Origin: the human T2T-CHM13v2.0 reference genome, Homo sapiens
Assembly (NCBI RefSeq): GCF_009914755.1
Contig: NC_060928.1
DNA length: 64,000 bases
Reading direction: 5' to 3' (one strand)
Part shown: positions 32,309 through 48,675 of the stretch, piece by piece
How positions within the stretch are numbered: the stretch's first letter is position 1
Layout of the letters: every line of letters begins with the position of its first letter
Notes under the pieces: model-generated
What the model was told of the DNA's origin: nothing
Databases searched by the model: none
What the model saw: the letters and a program-made list of their open reading frames with translations, nothing else
Made by a program: the position numbers and the translations under genes

Positions 32309-33679
32309 AGCGGCTGGGGAGCACTGGTGGTCAAGGAAGGCTTTCCAGAAGGAGTGGGAGTTGGGGGCTGAGTGAAGAGCAGGTCTTTCCAGCCAATAGG
32401 ATGGCACAGAGCGAGCCTGTGGAGGGCGTCAGGTGGAGAATTGGTGTCTGTTAGCATGGCCGTTAGAATTGAGGCCAAAAGGAAACCAGGATTTCCTACT
32501 GAACAGCCCTCAGTTCTCCGGAGGAGGAAATGGGTTAGGATGTCTCTTCCCCTAATCCCTCACTTGTGTCTATCTTGGTCTCTTTGCCAGAGTGGGCAGA
32601 AGGGCCCAACTCTGTTGCTTTTGCAACGTGAAGCCTCCCTTCCCTCCTCTGTCTCTGTGCGTGTGAACCCTGGAGGCCTGTTGAGGGACCCTTTTCTATG
32701 AAAATGGTAGAAAGAGGAAAAAGGGCAAGAGCATCAAATTATGGAGACCCCGGAGGCTCTGGAGGTGAAGGCTCATTAATTCTATCTGATTCAAAGCCTG
32801 AGAAGAACGGCCTGGAGGGCCACTCAGTGTCATCACCCATGACGCTCTCGTAACTCTTCCGTACGAAGAGACATACTTGGGCCACTCTTGCCAGTTAGCC
32901 ACTTGGGAAATACCACGGAAGACTCACTTTTTTTCACCCAGAAGCCCTTTTAGGGAGAATTTCTTTAGGAGAAATTCCGCTGAATTCAAGCCCATCAGAC
33001 TCACATGCTGATGATGTAACCCGCGGCAGCTCACTCCTGGACACATGTGACCCATTCTGAAGATTATCTGTCATGTCCTTATAGGGTATGGCTCTGCCTT
33101 GGACTGCAGCTCCTCCCCTACCTCCCCTCCTCCCACAGCTCCATATTTAGGCATCTGCCAAGGCTCCTCCCCTCCTCAAGGCTTATCATCCATCTTTACT
33201 GCCGCACAATGATGCGGTGGTTTGTTTTCGTATTCACTGCAGCAGGTAATAAATGTTCCTACTTTGGCTTCAGTTTTAATAAAACTATCAGAAACTGCTT
33301 TACAGTTTGGGAAACTGAGGCCCTGAAAGCTGACTTGATGGGCCACTTGGGGTCAGAACTGGCTGGCACATGAGGGTCACTTGATTGAACAGAGACTTTT
33401 TCTCCTTTCTGACTCTCTAGGTAGCAAAGCTTAGACAGGAGTCTCTCTCTTTCTTTCTCTTTTTGTAGCCATGTCTGGGTATGAGACACACAGAACACCC
33501 TTTGCTGGAGAAACCTCTTTTGTGCTACTTTAAATTCCCTACTTAGAGTTAATAACTGTTTATCATTATATTTAGTAATTGTTATTTGAGAATGTTATTA
33601 ATAGGGACTACTTACTGTGTGTTTACTATGTACATACAATGTGTTTATATTATGCACCTGCTAAGAATTTTGCACTCTA

Positions 33680-33989
<310 letters not shown>

Positions 33990-34278
33990 TCAGCTCTAAG
34001 CACACTTAATACTCTCAACAACCTGTGATACAGATATAATATTATTACATTGATTTTACAGAGGAGGAAACTGAGGCTTAAGGAGGTTAAGAAAATCTTC
34101 CAAGTTCGTCACATAGGTAGTCGGTTGGGCAGCTCAGATTCAATGCCAGGTCCACCTGACTTTAAAGCCCATGACCTTAACAATTATGCCTTATTAATTT
34201 CCTTTTGCAGATATTCACTCAGGAAATTTGGCTTTAGCTCAGTCAGTTTATTGGAAAGTTTATTTAAATAACCAAAAG

Positions 34279-35090
<812 letters not shown>

Positions 35091-35689
35091 ATAATTAAAT
35101 TAAATTAAAAAAATAAAACATAGAAATGTCTTAAGAGGTCTTGGCTCTGGACTAAGTCACAAATGCATATATTTAAGTTGCCTCTTGGTCTAAGGATCTA
35201 AAGTTTAACCGAAGCCTATGGAGCCCTCAAGGAGTCCTTCCTCAAAGGTCTAGTCTCAAATGGGGTCCATGACCACGGTGTGTGACAGTAACCTGGTGTG
35301 AGTCTGGAGAAAGAGTCCAGGTAAACATTTGGCAAAGTGGTCCCTCCGCTATGGACATTCAGGATTTGGCATTTCAGATAGTAGTGAAATGGATAACTCG
35401 ATGGCTTCCTATAATTCCCAGATGCCAGGTTTTGTGCTAAATCAGACTCTCCACATTCTGAATCCTTACAGTGATCACATGAGGAAAGTCCTTTTCTTAT
35501 TTTCATTTTTATGAGAAAACCAAGGTTCAGAGAGGTTAAGTAATTTGGCCAAGGTCACCTGGCTTACATGTGTTTAAAAACATGAATATGTATCATGTGA
35601 ATTATTTATATGGCTAACTCATTTGCAAAAGCTATTAGGTATAATTAAACAACAGGGACAGTGGGTTGACGAGGATAAAAATGTCTTGG

Positions 35690-36041
<352 letters not shown>

Positions 36042-36796
36042 TTATGTTTAAATCAGACGTGTAGGTTTGCTTTGTATTGCCCTGCATGACACATGTCAGG
36101 AAGATCGCCAGGGAGGGGAGGTTACAAGCCCAGGTTGCAGGAATAACCTTTACTCTGAATTTTGGTCTGAAAGACTTTTCCTTCGTCTGGAGCTGGGCTG
36201 GCCTTGTGATATTGTGCCACAGCAGACACGACACTGTCTCCAAGGCGGAGCTCATTGCCTGGGGCTTTCCCACTGCACTGAATGAGAATTTATTTGGCCT
36301 TTAATGAAATTCAGATTGTCCCATTTATGCAGTCCTCTGTTTAAGTGACAGGCACTGAATATGGTTGCTTTCAAGCAAGTTATTTTGTTTAACCAGGGGC
36401 CTAGCGGAGTTCGGGATACACAGATGGCCACCAAAAATGTTAAAAGAAAGAAATAACTTAATCCTCACAGCATCTCTGAGAAGTGGTTCCTAAATTTATC
36501 ACAATCTTGCAGATGTGTAAGCTGAGGTGTGGAGTTCAAGCAGCGTGCTCAAAGCCATGTGTAGGTGACAGTGCCTGATTTCAGATGCAGATAACTCTAA
36601 GGCCAGTCTGTTGCATCTCTTACCAGTTTTTGGAAAAACCTCAAGGGAAAAACCACAGCAAATTTTTAGAGTTCTAGTAATTTCTTTTCCCCTATTACAA
36701 CACATATTCCCATAAACCAAGGACTGTGTGATTAGTCAATAAACAAAAAGAAATGCATATAGTATCTGTCGCTCATAACGTTCTTGTTTCTTGCAG

Positions 36797-36917
36797 TTTC
36801 CAACATGGCTAGATCCATCAGAAACTGAAGCCGTGGAGAACGCTCTCGGGGCCTTTGCCACTTCTTGGAGTAGAAGCCGACAGAGAGCTGTTTGGAAACT
36901 TCTCCTTCACACACCAG
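36797..36917 (+). other. RHOH: Non-coding 5'UTR exon of RHOH (121 nt)
   Basis: Acceptor ttcttgtttcttgcag|TTTC at 36796/36797; donor CAG|gttgct at 36917/36918. The spliced junction acaccag-ttgaagactagg agrees with my recollection of RHOH mRNA. Confidence 0.85.
36805..36828 (+). promoter_or_regulatory. uORF (MARSIRN*) in strong Kozak context
   Basis: caacATGg (A at -3, G at +4): ATG GCT AGA TCC ATC AGA AAC TGA inside the non-coding exon. Confidence 0.7.
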
Positions 36918-37026
36918 GTTGCTACTGAGGTCTATTTCATGTTGCAGTCAGAGCAGTTGCTTGTGTTTTTTAGTGCTTGAGTGATTTTACAGATAAAGTC
37001 AGCTTCTGCTTCTTGACCGGGAGGCA

Positions 37027-37028
<2 letters not shown>

Positions 37029-37072
<44 letters not shown>
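37029..37072. repeat. (TG)22 microsatellite in the last intron
   Basis: Perfect TG run. Confidence 0.97.
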
Positions 37073-37074
<2 letters not shown>

Positions 37075-37298
37075 GGGGGAAGACAGATCTAAGCTCTCCC
37101 TGTGAGGGGAAGAGTGGATTGCACAAGCGGGGTTGGATGGCTACACTGAGATTACCCCACATTTAATCAGTTTGCCAATGAGGAAGCCCCTTATCTTCAA
37201 AAAAGGCAAGAAAGAAAGAAAGACTTCATTTTCCCCCTTCTCTTTCTGTTCCAGTTGAAGACTAGGCTTTGGAGGTTTTCAAAGCAGACGGTGCTTGG

Positions 37299-37316
37299 AT
37301 GGGCAGGGAGAAGTAA
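37299..37316 (+). promoter_or_regulatory. uORF (MGREK*)
   Basis: ATG GGC AGG GAG AAG TAA in the 5'UTR part of the terminal exon; T at -3, G at +4. Confidence 0.6.
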
Positions 37317-37383
37317 CATTCTGCAAATCGCCGTCAGAGGTCCTGAGGACACAGACCTACCTGGCTTGCATTCCCCTTGCTGA

Positions 37384-37410
37384 ATGGCGTGTGCTGCAGC
37401 TGCCCACTGA
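37384..37410 (+). promoter_or_regulatory. uORF (MACAAAAH*)
   Basis: ATG GCG TGT GCT GCA GCT GCC CAC TGA, ending 53 nt before the main ATG. Confidence 0.6.
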
Positions 37411-37463
37411 GGGCTCTTTTCCCTGGGATTCTGGACTTCAGAGTAGGACAGCAGGCTGGGAAG

Positions 37464-38039
37464 ATGCTGAGTTCCATCAAGTGCGTGTTGGTGGGCGACT
37501 CTGCTGTGGGGAAAACCTCTCTGTTGGTGCGCTTCACCTCCGAGACCTTCCCGGAGGCCTACAAGCCCACAGTGTACGAGAACACAGGGGTGGACGTCTT
37601 CATGGATGGCATCCAGATCAGCCTGGGCCTCTGGGACACAGCCGGCAATGACGCCTTCAGAAGCATCCGGCCCCTGTCCTACCAGCAGGCAGACGTGGTG
37701 CTGATGTGCTACTCTGTGGCCAACCATAACTCATTCCTGAACTTGAAGAACAAGTGGATTGGTGAAATTAGGAGCAACTTGCCCTGTACCCCTGTGCTGG
37801 TGGTGGCCACCCAGACTGACCAGCGGGAGATGGGGCCCCACAGGGCCTCCTGCGTCAATGCCATGGAAGGGAAGAAACTGGCCCAGGATGTCAGAGCCAA
37901 GGGCTACCTGGAGTGCTCAGCCCTTAGCAATCGGGGAGTACAGCAGGTGTTTGAGTGCGCCGTCCGAACTGCCGTCAACCAGGCCAGGAGACGAAACAGA
38001 AGGAGGCTCTTCTCCATCAATGAGTGCAAGATCTTCTAA
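37464..38039 (+). CDS. RHOH: Rho-related GTP-binding protein RhoH (191 aa), entire CDS in one exon
   Basis: ATG at 37464 (gggaagATGc) to TAA at 38037-38039. [19 protein letters not shown]-loop, YKPTVYEN effector loop, WDTAGND switch II, ECSA G5, polybasic [17 protein letters not shown] box CKIF. Matches human RhoH as I know it. The track's 37377 start is a TTG 29 codons upstream. Confidence 0.99.
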
Positions 38040-38285
38040 ACCCCAAGAGACTTCACACAACACTTATGTATGCACCCCAAAGACTAATGGGGAGAGGGAG
38101 GGCCGGGAAGCCAGGAAAGCTTGGTGTTTTCTCTGGGTACACCCCAAGCAGCGTCTCCTTTTGGATACAGTTATTGATGAGGCTTGGCCACTGGATGTTT
38201 TCACTAACTACACTCTACAAGTGAACTCCTTGCCCAGGCCAGTTAGAAAATCCCTTGGGGAACTGTGATGAATATTCCATCTTTG

Positions 38286-38291
38286 ATTAAA
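38286..38291 (+). terminator. Candidate proximal polyadenylation signal ATTAAA
   Basis: ATTAAA about 250 nt after the stop, followed by U/GU-rich sequence. Confidence 0.5.
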
Positions 38292-39348
38292 AAAGTGAAA
38301 TAGTCTCCATAATTTTGGACGATGAAGTGAGTTTTTCAAAGAATTCCATATTTAAAGACACATTTTATTTAACTAATAACAAAATGTATTGCTTTTGTAT
38401 ATATTTAGTTTTCACACTTGGAAAATCTTTTCCTACATCCTCGAAACCATAAACTCCTCTGTGAGTGAAATGCTTGTACGAAGCTCTGCCATATGTTTGT
38501 AGTGTTATTATTTTCACCTCAAGTAGAAAGTCTGTTGAAACCACTTGGCTGCTGGATTTAAATGGGTAATCAAATTTAAAAATGACCATAAATGAATCTT
38601 TGCAATTTGTTTTCTACTTACCTGTTATTCACAGTTGGATATAAAATACAGTTCCATAAGATGTCCTAATACTGCCTAATGATTTTAAAGTTATCACTAT
38701 ATTTTTCTGAAATGATAAAACATCATTCATTTATTTACTATATTGTCTTTCACTCAACTCCAGTTATGCACTAAATATTCTCCTCTCATTCACCAAGATT
38801 GATTGAAACACCATCTTTCAGGTAGAGAATCAGACTGCTCCAAGCAATGGCAACAGAACTTGGAACAGAAGCGAGAGAGTGTCACTTTCACTTCTGGTAG
38901 GGTGGTTCCCAGGCGACTGCAGGTCCTGTGAAAGACAGGGGTCTCAAAGTTCTGTTAATTTCACAAATTTGTTATAAATTTGTCTAAACTGAGCTGTTGT
39001 GGCAACATAATTTATGAATCGTAAGGTCTAGTTAGGCTTATTGGGGGGATATCTACATATATATGTGTATGTAAGGGAAAAAAGGTAGAATTTACAGCCT
39101 TCAAAAAAGAAAAATCAAATTCCAAGCACAGGAATAAGAAAGCTATATAGCAACTGCTCAGAGAACAGAAAGTTATCAGGGGAAATACTGAATAAATAGA
39201 CACACACATACTCGCACACAACCTGCTCTCACACACACAACTCAAACCTCATTCTATCGAATAGTTTAAAAGCAATGGTGTTGCTCATCTGATAAAGTGG
39301 AGAACAGAGGACTACATAACTTAAGGTAGAAATTGCAAAGGCTGGGTT

Positions 39349-39646
39349 GGGCAGGGCGTGGTGGCTCACTTTGGGAGGCTGAGACGGGTGGATCACGAGG
39401 CCAGGAGTTCAAGACCAGCCTGGCCAACATGGTGAAACCCCGTCTCTTCTAAATATTAGCTAAAAATTAGCTGGGTGTGGTGGCACATGCCTGTAGTTCT
39501 AGCTACTCAAGAGGCTGAGGCAAAAGAATTGCTCGAACCTGGGAGGCGGAGGTTGCAGTAAGCCGAGATCGCGCCACTGCACTCCAGCCTGGGCAACAGA
39601 GGGAGACTCCATCTCAAAAAAAAAAAAAAGAAAAGAAAAAAAAGAA
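39349..39646 (+). mobile_element. AluS in the extended 3'UTR
   Basis: 18-bp TSD agaaattgcaaaggctgg; short internal deletion in the left arm (gtggctcac^tttgggagg). Confidence 0.93.
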
Positions 39647-41001
39647 AGAAATTGCAAAGGCTGGCACCTAGATAGATCAATCAATTACTGCCCTAATCAA
39701 AACTTAGAAACACTCTGAACCACCTTTATGAAGGTACATCATTGTTATGGGGTAACGTGACTATTACACACAAAAGGTAAGGTGGCTGGCATAAATGACT
39801 TTGATTAGAATTATGTTGACATAGCCAAACCAGTTTCTCTGTTCCCTTGTGTGGTCAATTCCTTACAGCTATAATCAGTATCAAAAACCAAATGTGTGCT
39901 CATTCACACATTGCTTTCTCCTTCTCTCTCTCCTCCTATCCACAGCCAGTAAAAGGCCTGGGACCGGGGTCTTGATCTCTGGTGGGAGGATTGCCTCGGT
40001 TCCCTGGGGCTGACACAGCTGCCTTCACTCAGACTTCTCTGCTCTCCAGGCGGTGGCTTGTACTCACCTCTAAGTCACCCGCCTCCCTTGATTGGAGAGC
40101 CCGTGTCTCTAGTTCTCAGCTCAGGGTTGGGGGGCTTGAAAGATGACCGGGCAGGGGAGGGGAAGGGATCTCATATCCTCTGATATCCCTGGGATTCTCT
40201 TCTTCTCCCTCAACCCACAGAGTCTTAAATCACGGATGCGGGTGTTCAGGGCCAGCCTTTGCCATGAGAGGTATTTAACATGTCAGTGGGAAGGAATTTC
40301 TATTCACTGCAGTGGGCTGTCCCCCAGGCTTTTCTTTCTCTCTTGTTGAAGAGAGATGGGGGTGGGTATCTGAAAGTGGGAAGGGCCACCATACATGATC
40401 CTAAGTGAAGGAAGAGGAGGTGGTTCCACGGTGGCAGCAGAGCAGGAAGGGAAGGCCAGAGAGGGCACACTCAAATGGCTTTGCTGTCACCTGGGCAAAG
40501 ACACACAGGTGAGACCTCCACCTGTGTGGAGCCAAGCTTAACAGCTCCGTCTGGGAACTCTCATACCTGAGACCAGGAATCTATGTGTAAACCCTTTCCA
40601 GTGGCAGAATCTGGCAGAAATGGAGCCGATAAGTGTCTGTCTTCCTGCTAGACTGCTGTTCTTGAAGGTAGCACTGCCTCCTGGTCTCCTCAGTGTCCCC
40701 AGGGCTCAGCACAGGGAAGGCAATGGAGGTAAAGTTGTGTTAAACTGAAATGGAGAGAAAGACAGTAATTGGGCTTCTGTGCCACACAGTGGTTATAGAA
40801 AGCAAGCAGACCCTCACCAGCCTTGTAGGGGTAAGAAGAAAAATAGGTCATATGGGTAGAATCCGTGTGTTGTGTGTTCTACATAAGCACATACTTACTT
40901 TTGCCTGCCTAGATGCAGACACAGGTTTCTTATACTTCAAAATTTGTGGTACCTTTTTGTAGACTATTGCATATCGATTCTTAACTATTCCAAGTAGCAG
41001 C

Positions 41002-41028
41002 ATTAAATATGTTCTTGATGACATTAAA
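41002..41028 (+). terminator. Candidate distal polyadenylation signals (two ATTAAA)
   Basis: ATTAAA at 41002-41007 and 41023-41028, followed by GU/U-rich gtagttcattcttgtctctgt. Confidence 0.5.
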
Positions 41029-41062
41029 GAGTTAATTTTCATGGTCGGGTAGTTCATTCTTG

Positions 41063-41421
41063 TCTCTGTCAGCCTGGGCTGCTATAGTGGAAAACCATAG
41101 ACTAGGGGACTTCAATAACAGAAATTTATCTCTCACAGTTCTGGAGGCTGGGAAGTCCAAGGCAAGGGACAGCATGGTTGGGTTCTGGTGAGACCCCTCT
41201 GCCTGGTTTGCAATGGCTGTCTTCTTGCTGTGTTCTCACATGGTAGAGCAAGAGATCATCTTTCTGGTGTTTCTTCTTCTAAGGATAATAATCCCATTCA
41301 TGAGGGCTCAACCCTCATGATCTAATACCTCGCAAAGTCCTCACCTCCAAATACCATCACACTGGGGATTAGGCCTCAACATTTTGAGATTTGTGGGGAC
41401 ACAAACATTCCATCCATAGCA
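41063..41421 (-). mobile_element. MaLR solo LTR (MLT1A-like)
   Basis: cagaaatttatctctcacagttctggaggctgggaagtccaag...ggggacacaaacattccatccatagca. Confidence 0.85.
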
Positions 41422-41830
41422 ATTCTATTCTGTCTTACTTTCCACTGACTAGTTAACTGGGCAGCAGAATCCAGTGCAGTGAGTGACAAGAAAGCTAGAA
41501 GCATCCTGATTAAGTTTGTTCAGTGCTTCAGATGTGCTGTGCCGGCCACCGAGCGAAGCATTCTTTTGCCACATGTGTGTAGGCCCACATTATACTGAGT
41601 CCCATCTTACATGAGGAAACTGAGGCTCAGCATGTTGATGTGACAAGGCCAAGCCCATGCAGCAGGTGAGTGGCTGCCCCAGGAGTCTCAAGTGGGTCTG
41701 CTCAAAACCACCCTGCCCCACTTCCTCCCAGAGCAGCTTGACTGAATGGCGTTGCCACATCCGACCTCATGTAGCTTGCAGCTCCACCCCTGCCAGTCAA
41801 GTAGCCTGTATTTTAAAAAATATATTTTTA

Positions 41831-41998
<168 letters not shown>

Positions 41999-42192
41999 TA
42001 AATAAAATATTCCAAGTCTGACCTTTGTCCTGCCCTTGTCTTTCTGGCAATGAGAATGGGACCCACCTATGTCACACAACACCATCATTTGCAAAGGTCT
42101 CCATTCCAATCCTTGGTATTTAAAGCATAACTCCAAAGGCTGATTGCATATAAATTGGCAGAGATGAAATACACCATTATTTAATGTTATAA

Positions 42193-42853
<661 letters not shown>

Positions 42854-43511
42854 AATATTCTCTTTTTCTTATCTCACTTTTCCACCCCTCAGGTTTCAGG
42901 TATTTCCTTTGAACAAGGGAGTGACAGGGAAGAGGAGAGTTTGGCTCTTCTCTTTCAAGGATTTCGTACTTAGGAGGCGCCCTTTACCCAGAATGAAATG
43001 TGATGAAAGGACTCACTTTGGTGCATCTGTAGAGTTATGACATGACAGAGGGGACAGGGCTCTGTGAGTGCTCGGCCCCAGTGCTGAGAAAGAAATGCTT
43101 ACAAGTTGAGTGGGGTCAGTACAACTCAATAGTAGGAACTTACTTTTCGTGAGACTGTATCTGTCCAGATAAAGCAAAGAAACATAATCAATGGCTAAGA
43201 TGTCAAGCAGGTTTTCACAAGAAAAGATAAGCTCTGAAAATTATTTGAGCTATGAGTTCATAAAAAGTTCTTGATTAAACCTGAAGTCTACATTAGCTTT
43301 TTGGTAGATTCTAAAATGCATCCCGACCTGGAACTCAATACTAATGGTAGATAAAAAGCCATGATGAGGGAGTGGAGAGACCAGACAATCGTGATGTATT
43401 CTGGGGTCAGAAAATCTGGGTTGTGTATCTTTCAGCCTTAGTTTCCCTTTGTTAAAGCAGAGATATGAATTCCTAGGATACTGTATAAATATTGGTACAA
43501 TAATGATTGTG

Positions 43512-43784
43512 GGCCGGGCTTGTTGGCTCACGCCTGTAATCCCAGCACTTTGGGAGGCCAAGGCAGGCAGATCACCTGAAGTCAGAAGTTAGAGACCAGC
43601 CTGGCCAACATGGCAAAACCCTGTCTCTACAAAAATTAGCCGGGCGTGGTGGCAGACACCTGTAATCCCAGCTACTCAGGAGGCTGAGGCAGGAATTGGG
43701 AGGCAGAGGTTGCAGTGAGCCAAGATCATGCCATTACTCCAGCCTGGGTGACACAGCGGGACTCCGTCTCAAAAAAAAAAAAAA
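43512..43784 (+). mobile_element. AluS
   Basis: TSD gattgtgg; small internal deletions. Confidence 0.92.
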
Positions 43785-44108
43785 GATTGTGGAAGTGTTT
43801 TATATTTGTAAACTATTGTTCAAATGGTGTTGTTATTATGTTTTTGGTAGATCCCAATGCAGAGACATAGGCTGAATATTCCAGATCAGATTAGAATATC
43901 CTAAAACTTGTTAAAAAGTGGGTCATAGGATGAAAAATTGGCACAGACATAAACACCACTTGTAACATTGTTAGCTAGAGTAAGATGAATAAAACGATAC
44001 TTAGGGATAATGATAATAGCAACAAAATACATTGGAATGCCTGCTGGTTCCAGCACCCCTGGTAGGTAGTTTAGGTACGTCATCTCATTTAATGCTCATA
44101 ACAATTCA

Positions 44109-44607
<499 letters not shown>

Positions 44608-44814
44608 TTACCAAGTAATTTTGGCATAATTAAACTTGACCAGCTAAAAATTATATCTATAATTATATTAAGTGTTCATTACACTTGCTAATTTAAGATG
44701 GTGACAATGATCCTTGTTACATACTGCAGGGAAATGGTGATGATGAGAGCTTGGCAGTCTTCCTACGGGAGCTTCCTTTTGTCATTCTTCCCATAATAAA
44801 ATCTCAGGTAATTC

Positions 44815-45675
<861 letters not shown>

Positions 45676-45899
45676 ACACTCATTAGTCATCTACATAGTC
45701 TGTCATTAAATGATTACTCAAATCCCTACTGAAGGATATGAGTTGCAGGTCTGGGCAATTGCCTTTTCCTGAGCCTCAAAACCTACGAAATACCACTCTT
45801 AACATCTATTTGCTTGGAAGAGAAAGGAGGAGGTTGGTTAATTCTAATCTGAATGAACAAAAGAATAGTTCTGGGATAGCAACATTCAAAAATTGTGGA

Positions 45900-47050
<1,151 letters not shown>

Positions 47051-47057
47051 GGTTTTC

Positions 47058-47384
<327 letters not shown>

Positions 47385-47559
47385 TTACCTCTTCTGGTCC
47401 CGGGGTGTCACAGGTATTGGTAATGTTCTATTTTTAAGTTTGGGACATAGGCACTTGAGTGTTCATTGATTTTTTCCTATTATTTATTCTTCAAAATATC
47501 CAGATATATTTTATGTATTCTTTTGTGTGTATGATATAATTAATTAAAAAAATTTAAAG

Positions 47560-47760
47560 TTTGGGTTCTAAAGCAAAACTGTCTGAACTTGAATCTCAGC
47601 TCTGCCACTCACTAGGCTCTACAGCCTTGTGTAAGTTAACTAACCTCTCTGTGTGTCAGTTTCCTCATCTGTAAAATGGAGAAAATAACATAGTGAGCAT
47701 TAAAGGAGCTAATGTGGGTAAAGGCTACACTATGTCTAGTACAATAAATGGCAGCTATGT
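47560..47760 (+). mobile_element. MIR
   Basis: taacctctctgtgtgtcagtttcctcatctgtaaaatgg core. Confidence 0.8.
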
Positions 47761-48380
47761 CATTCTACTGTTATACACCTCAGAGCTGGCAGGATTCTAC
47801 TGTTTATGGATGAAGACACAGGTATTGAGACCATTGCCTGACCTGCCTAAGCCCACAAATTGGTGGTAGACCCAGACCACCTCACTCGTCCTACTCTTTG
47901 CTGCTCTTTTCTGTAAACTTCCTAAGAAGAGAGGAACCTGGGGTTTTTACTTGTTCACTTTTCATACACTTGCTTTTCAACCCATGTTTGCTGTACTTGA
48001 ATTCTTTCTAGTATTGTTTCTTAGCACAAATAGGTAACTTTCAATATCTCACAGAAGGGATCAACAGAGGCTCAGTCCCTTATCGTATGTGAAGACATCT
48101 CCATTCACTTGTTTATTTACTCAGAATGTACTGAGTTCTTTAGGTTCTTTACGGGGTTTATTCAGAGAAAGTGGAGGACTCAGTGACTCACAGAGCATCT
48201 CTCCATAGCTGGACTTGCCGTGTTGTTTCCTAATTATTTACTTGTGTTTCTATCATTGCACCTTGGCCTTAGTGTCAAGCTGTGCAATAGCCAAAGTTCC
48301 CGCTTTCATAGAGTTTAAGGATTTAATTAGGGATAGGGGTGTGAACAGTAGTTATAAAATAAACAGATAAGATCAATGTA

Positions 48381-48675
48381 GCTGGGTGCAGTGGCTCACG
48401 CCTGTAATCCCAGCACTTTGGGAGGCCGAGGCGGGTGGATCATGAGGTCAGGAGATCGAGACCATCCTGGCTAACACAGTGAAACCCTGTCTCTACTAAA
48501 ATACAAAAAATTAGCCAGGCATGGTGGTGGGCGCTTGTAGTCCCAGCCACTTGGGAAGCTGAGGCAGGAGAATCGCTTGAATCCAGGAAGCGGAGGTTTC
48601 AGTGAGCCGAGATCATGCAACTGCACTCCAGCCTGGGCGACAGAAAGAGACTCTGTCTCAAAAAAAAAAAAAAAG
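48381..48675 (+). mobile_element. AluSc/Y-like
   Basis: Full dimer; TSD caatgtag. Confidence 0.93.

Larger units (their letters stand above)
37255..41050 (+). other. RHOH: Terminal exon of RHOH (209-nt 5'UTR part, CDS, long 3'UTR; 3' end approximate)
   Basis: Strong acceptor ttttcccccttctctttctgttccag|TTGAAG at 37254/37255. 3' end inferred from ATTAAA hexamers at 41002 and 41023; shorter ends are possible. Confidence 0.75.

Noticed and set aside
31988-32478. ORFs with PARSDA, PPDQM or RGHLIW repeats; CRISPR-like appearance
   Set aside because: Products of the 18-bp tandem repeat (a multiple of 3); no spacers, and the context is eukaryotic.
37377-37463. 29-aa N-terminal extension of RhoH in the ORF track
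   Set aside because: Starts at TTG, an in-frame TGA lies at 37344, and GTPase homology begins at Met 37464; no evidence for non-AUG initiation.
37295-37651. 118-aa overlapping upstream ORF
   Set aside because: TTG start with no AUG in the frame.
37197-37727. 176-aa antisense ORF overlapping RHOH
   Set aside because: Typical antisense shadow of a GC3-rich CDS; no recognisable domain or independent gene signals.
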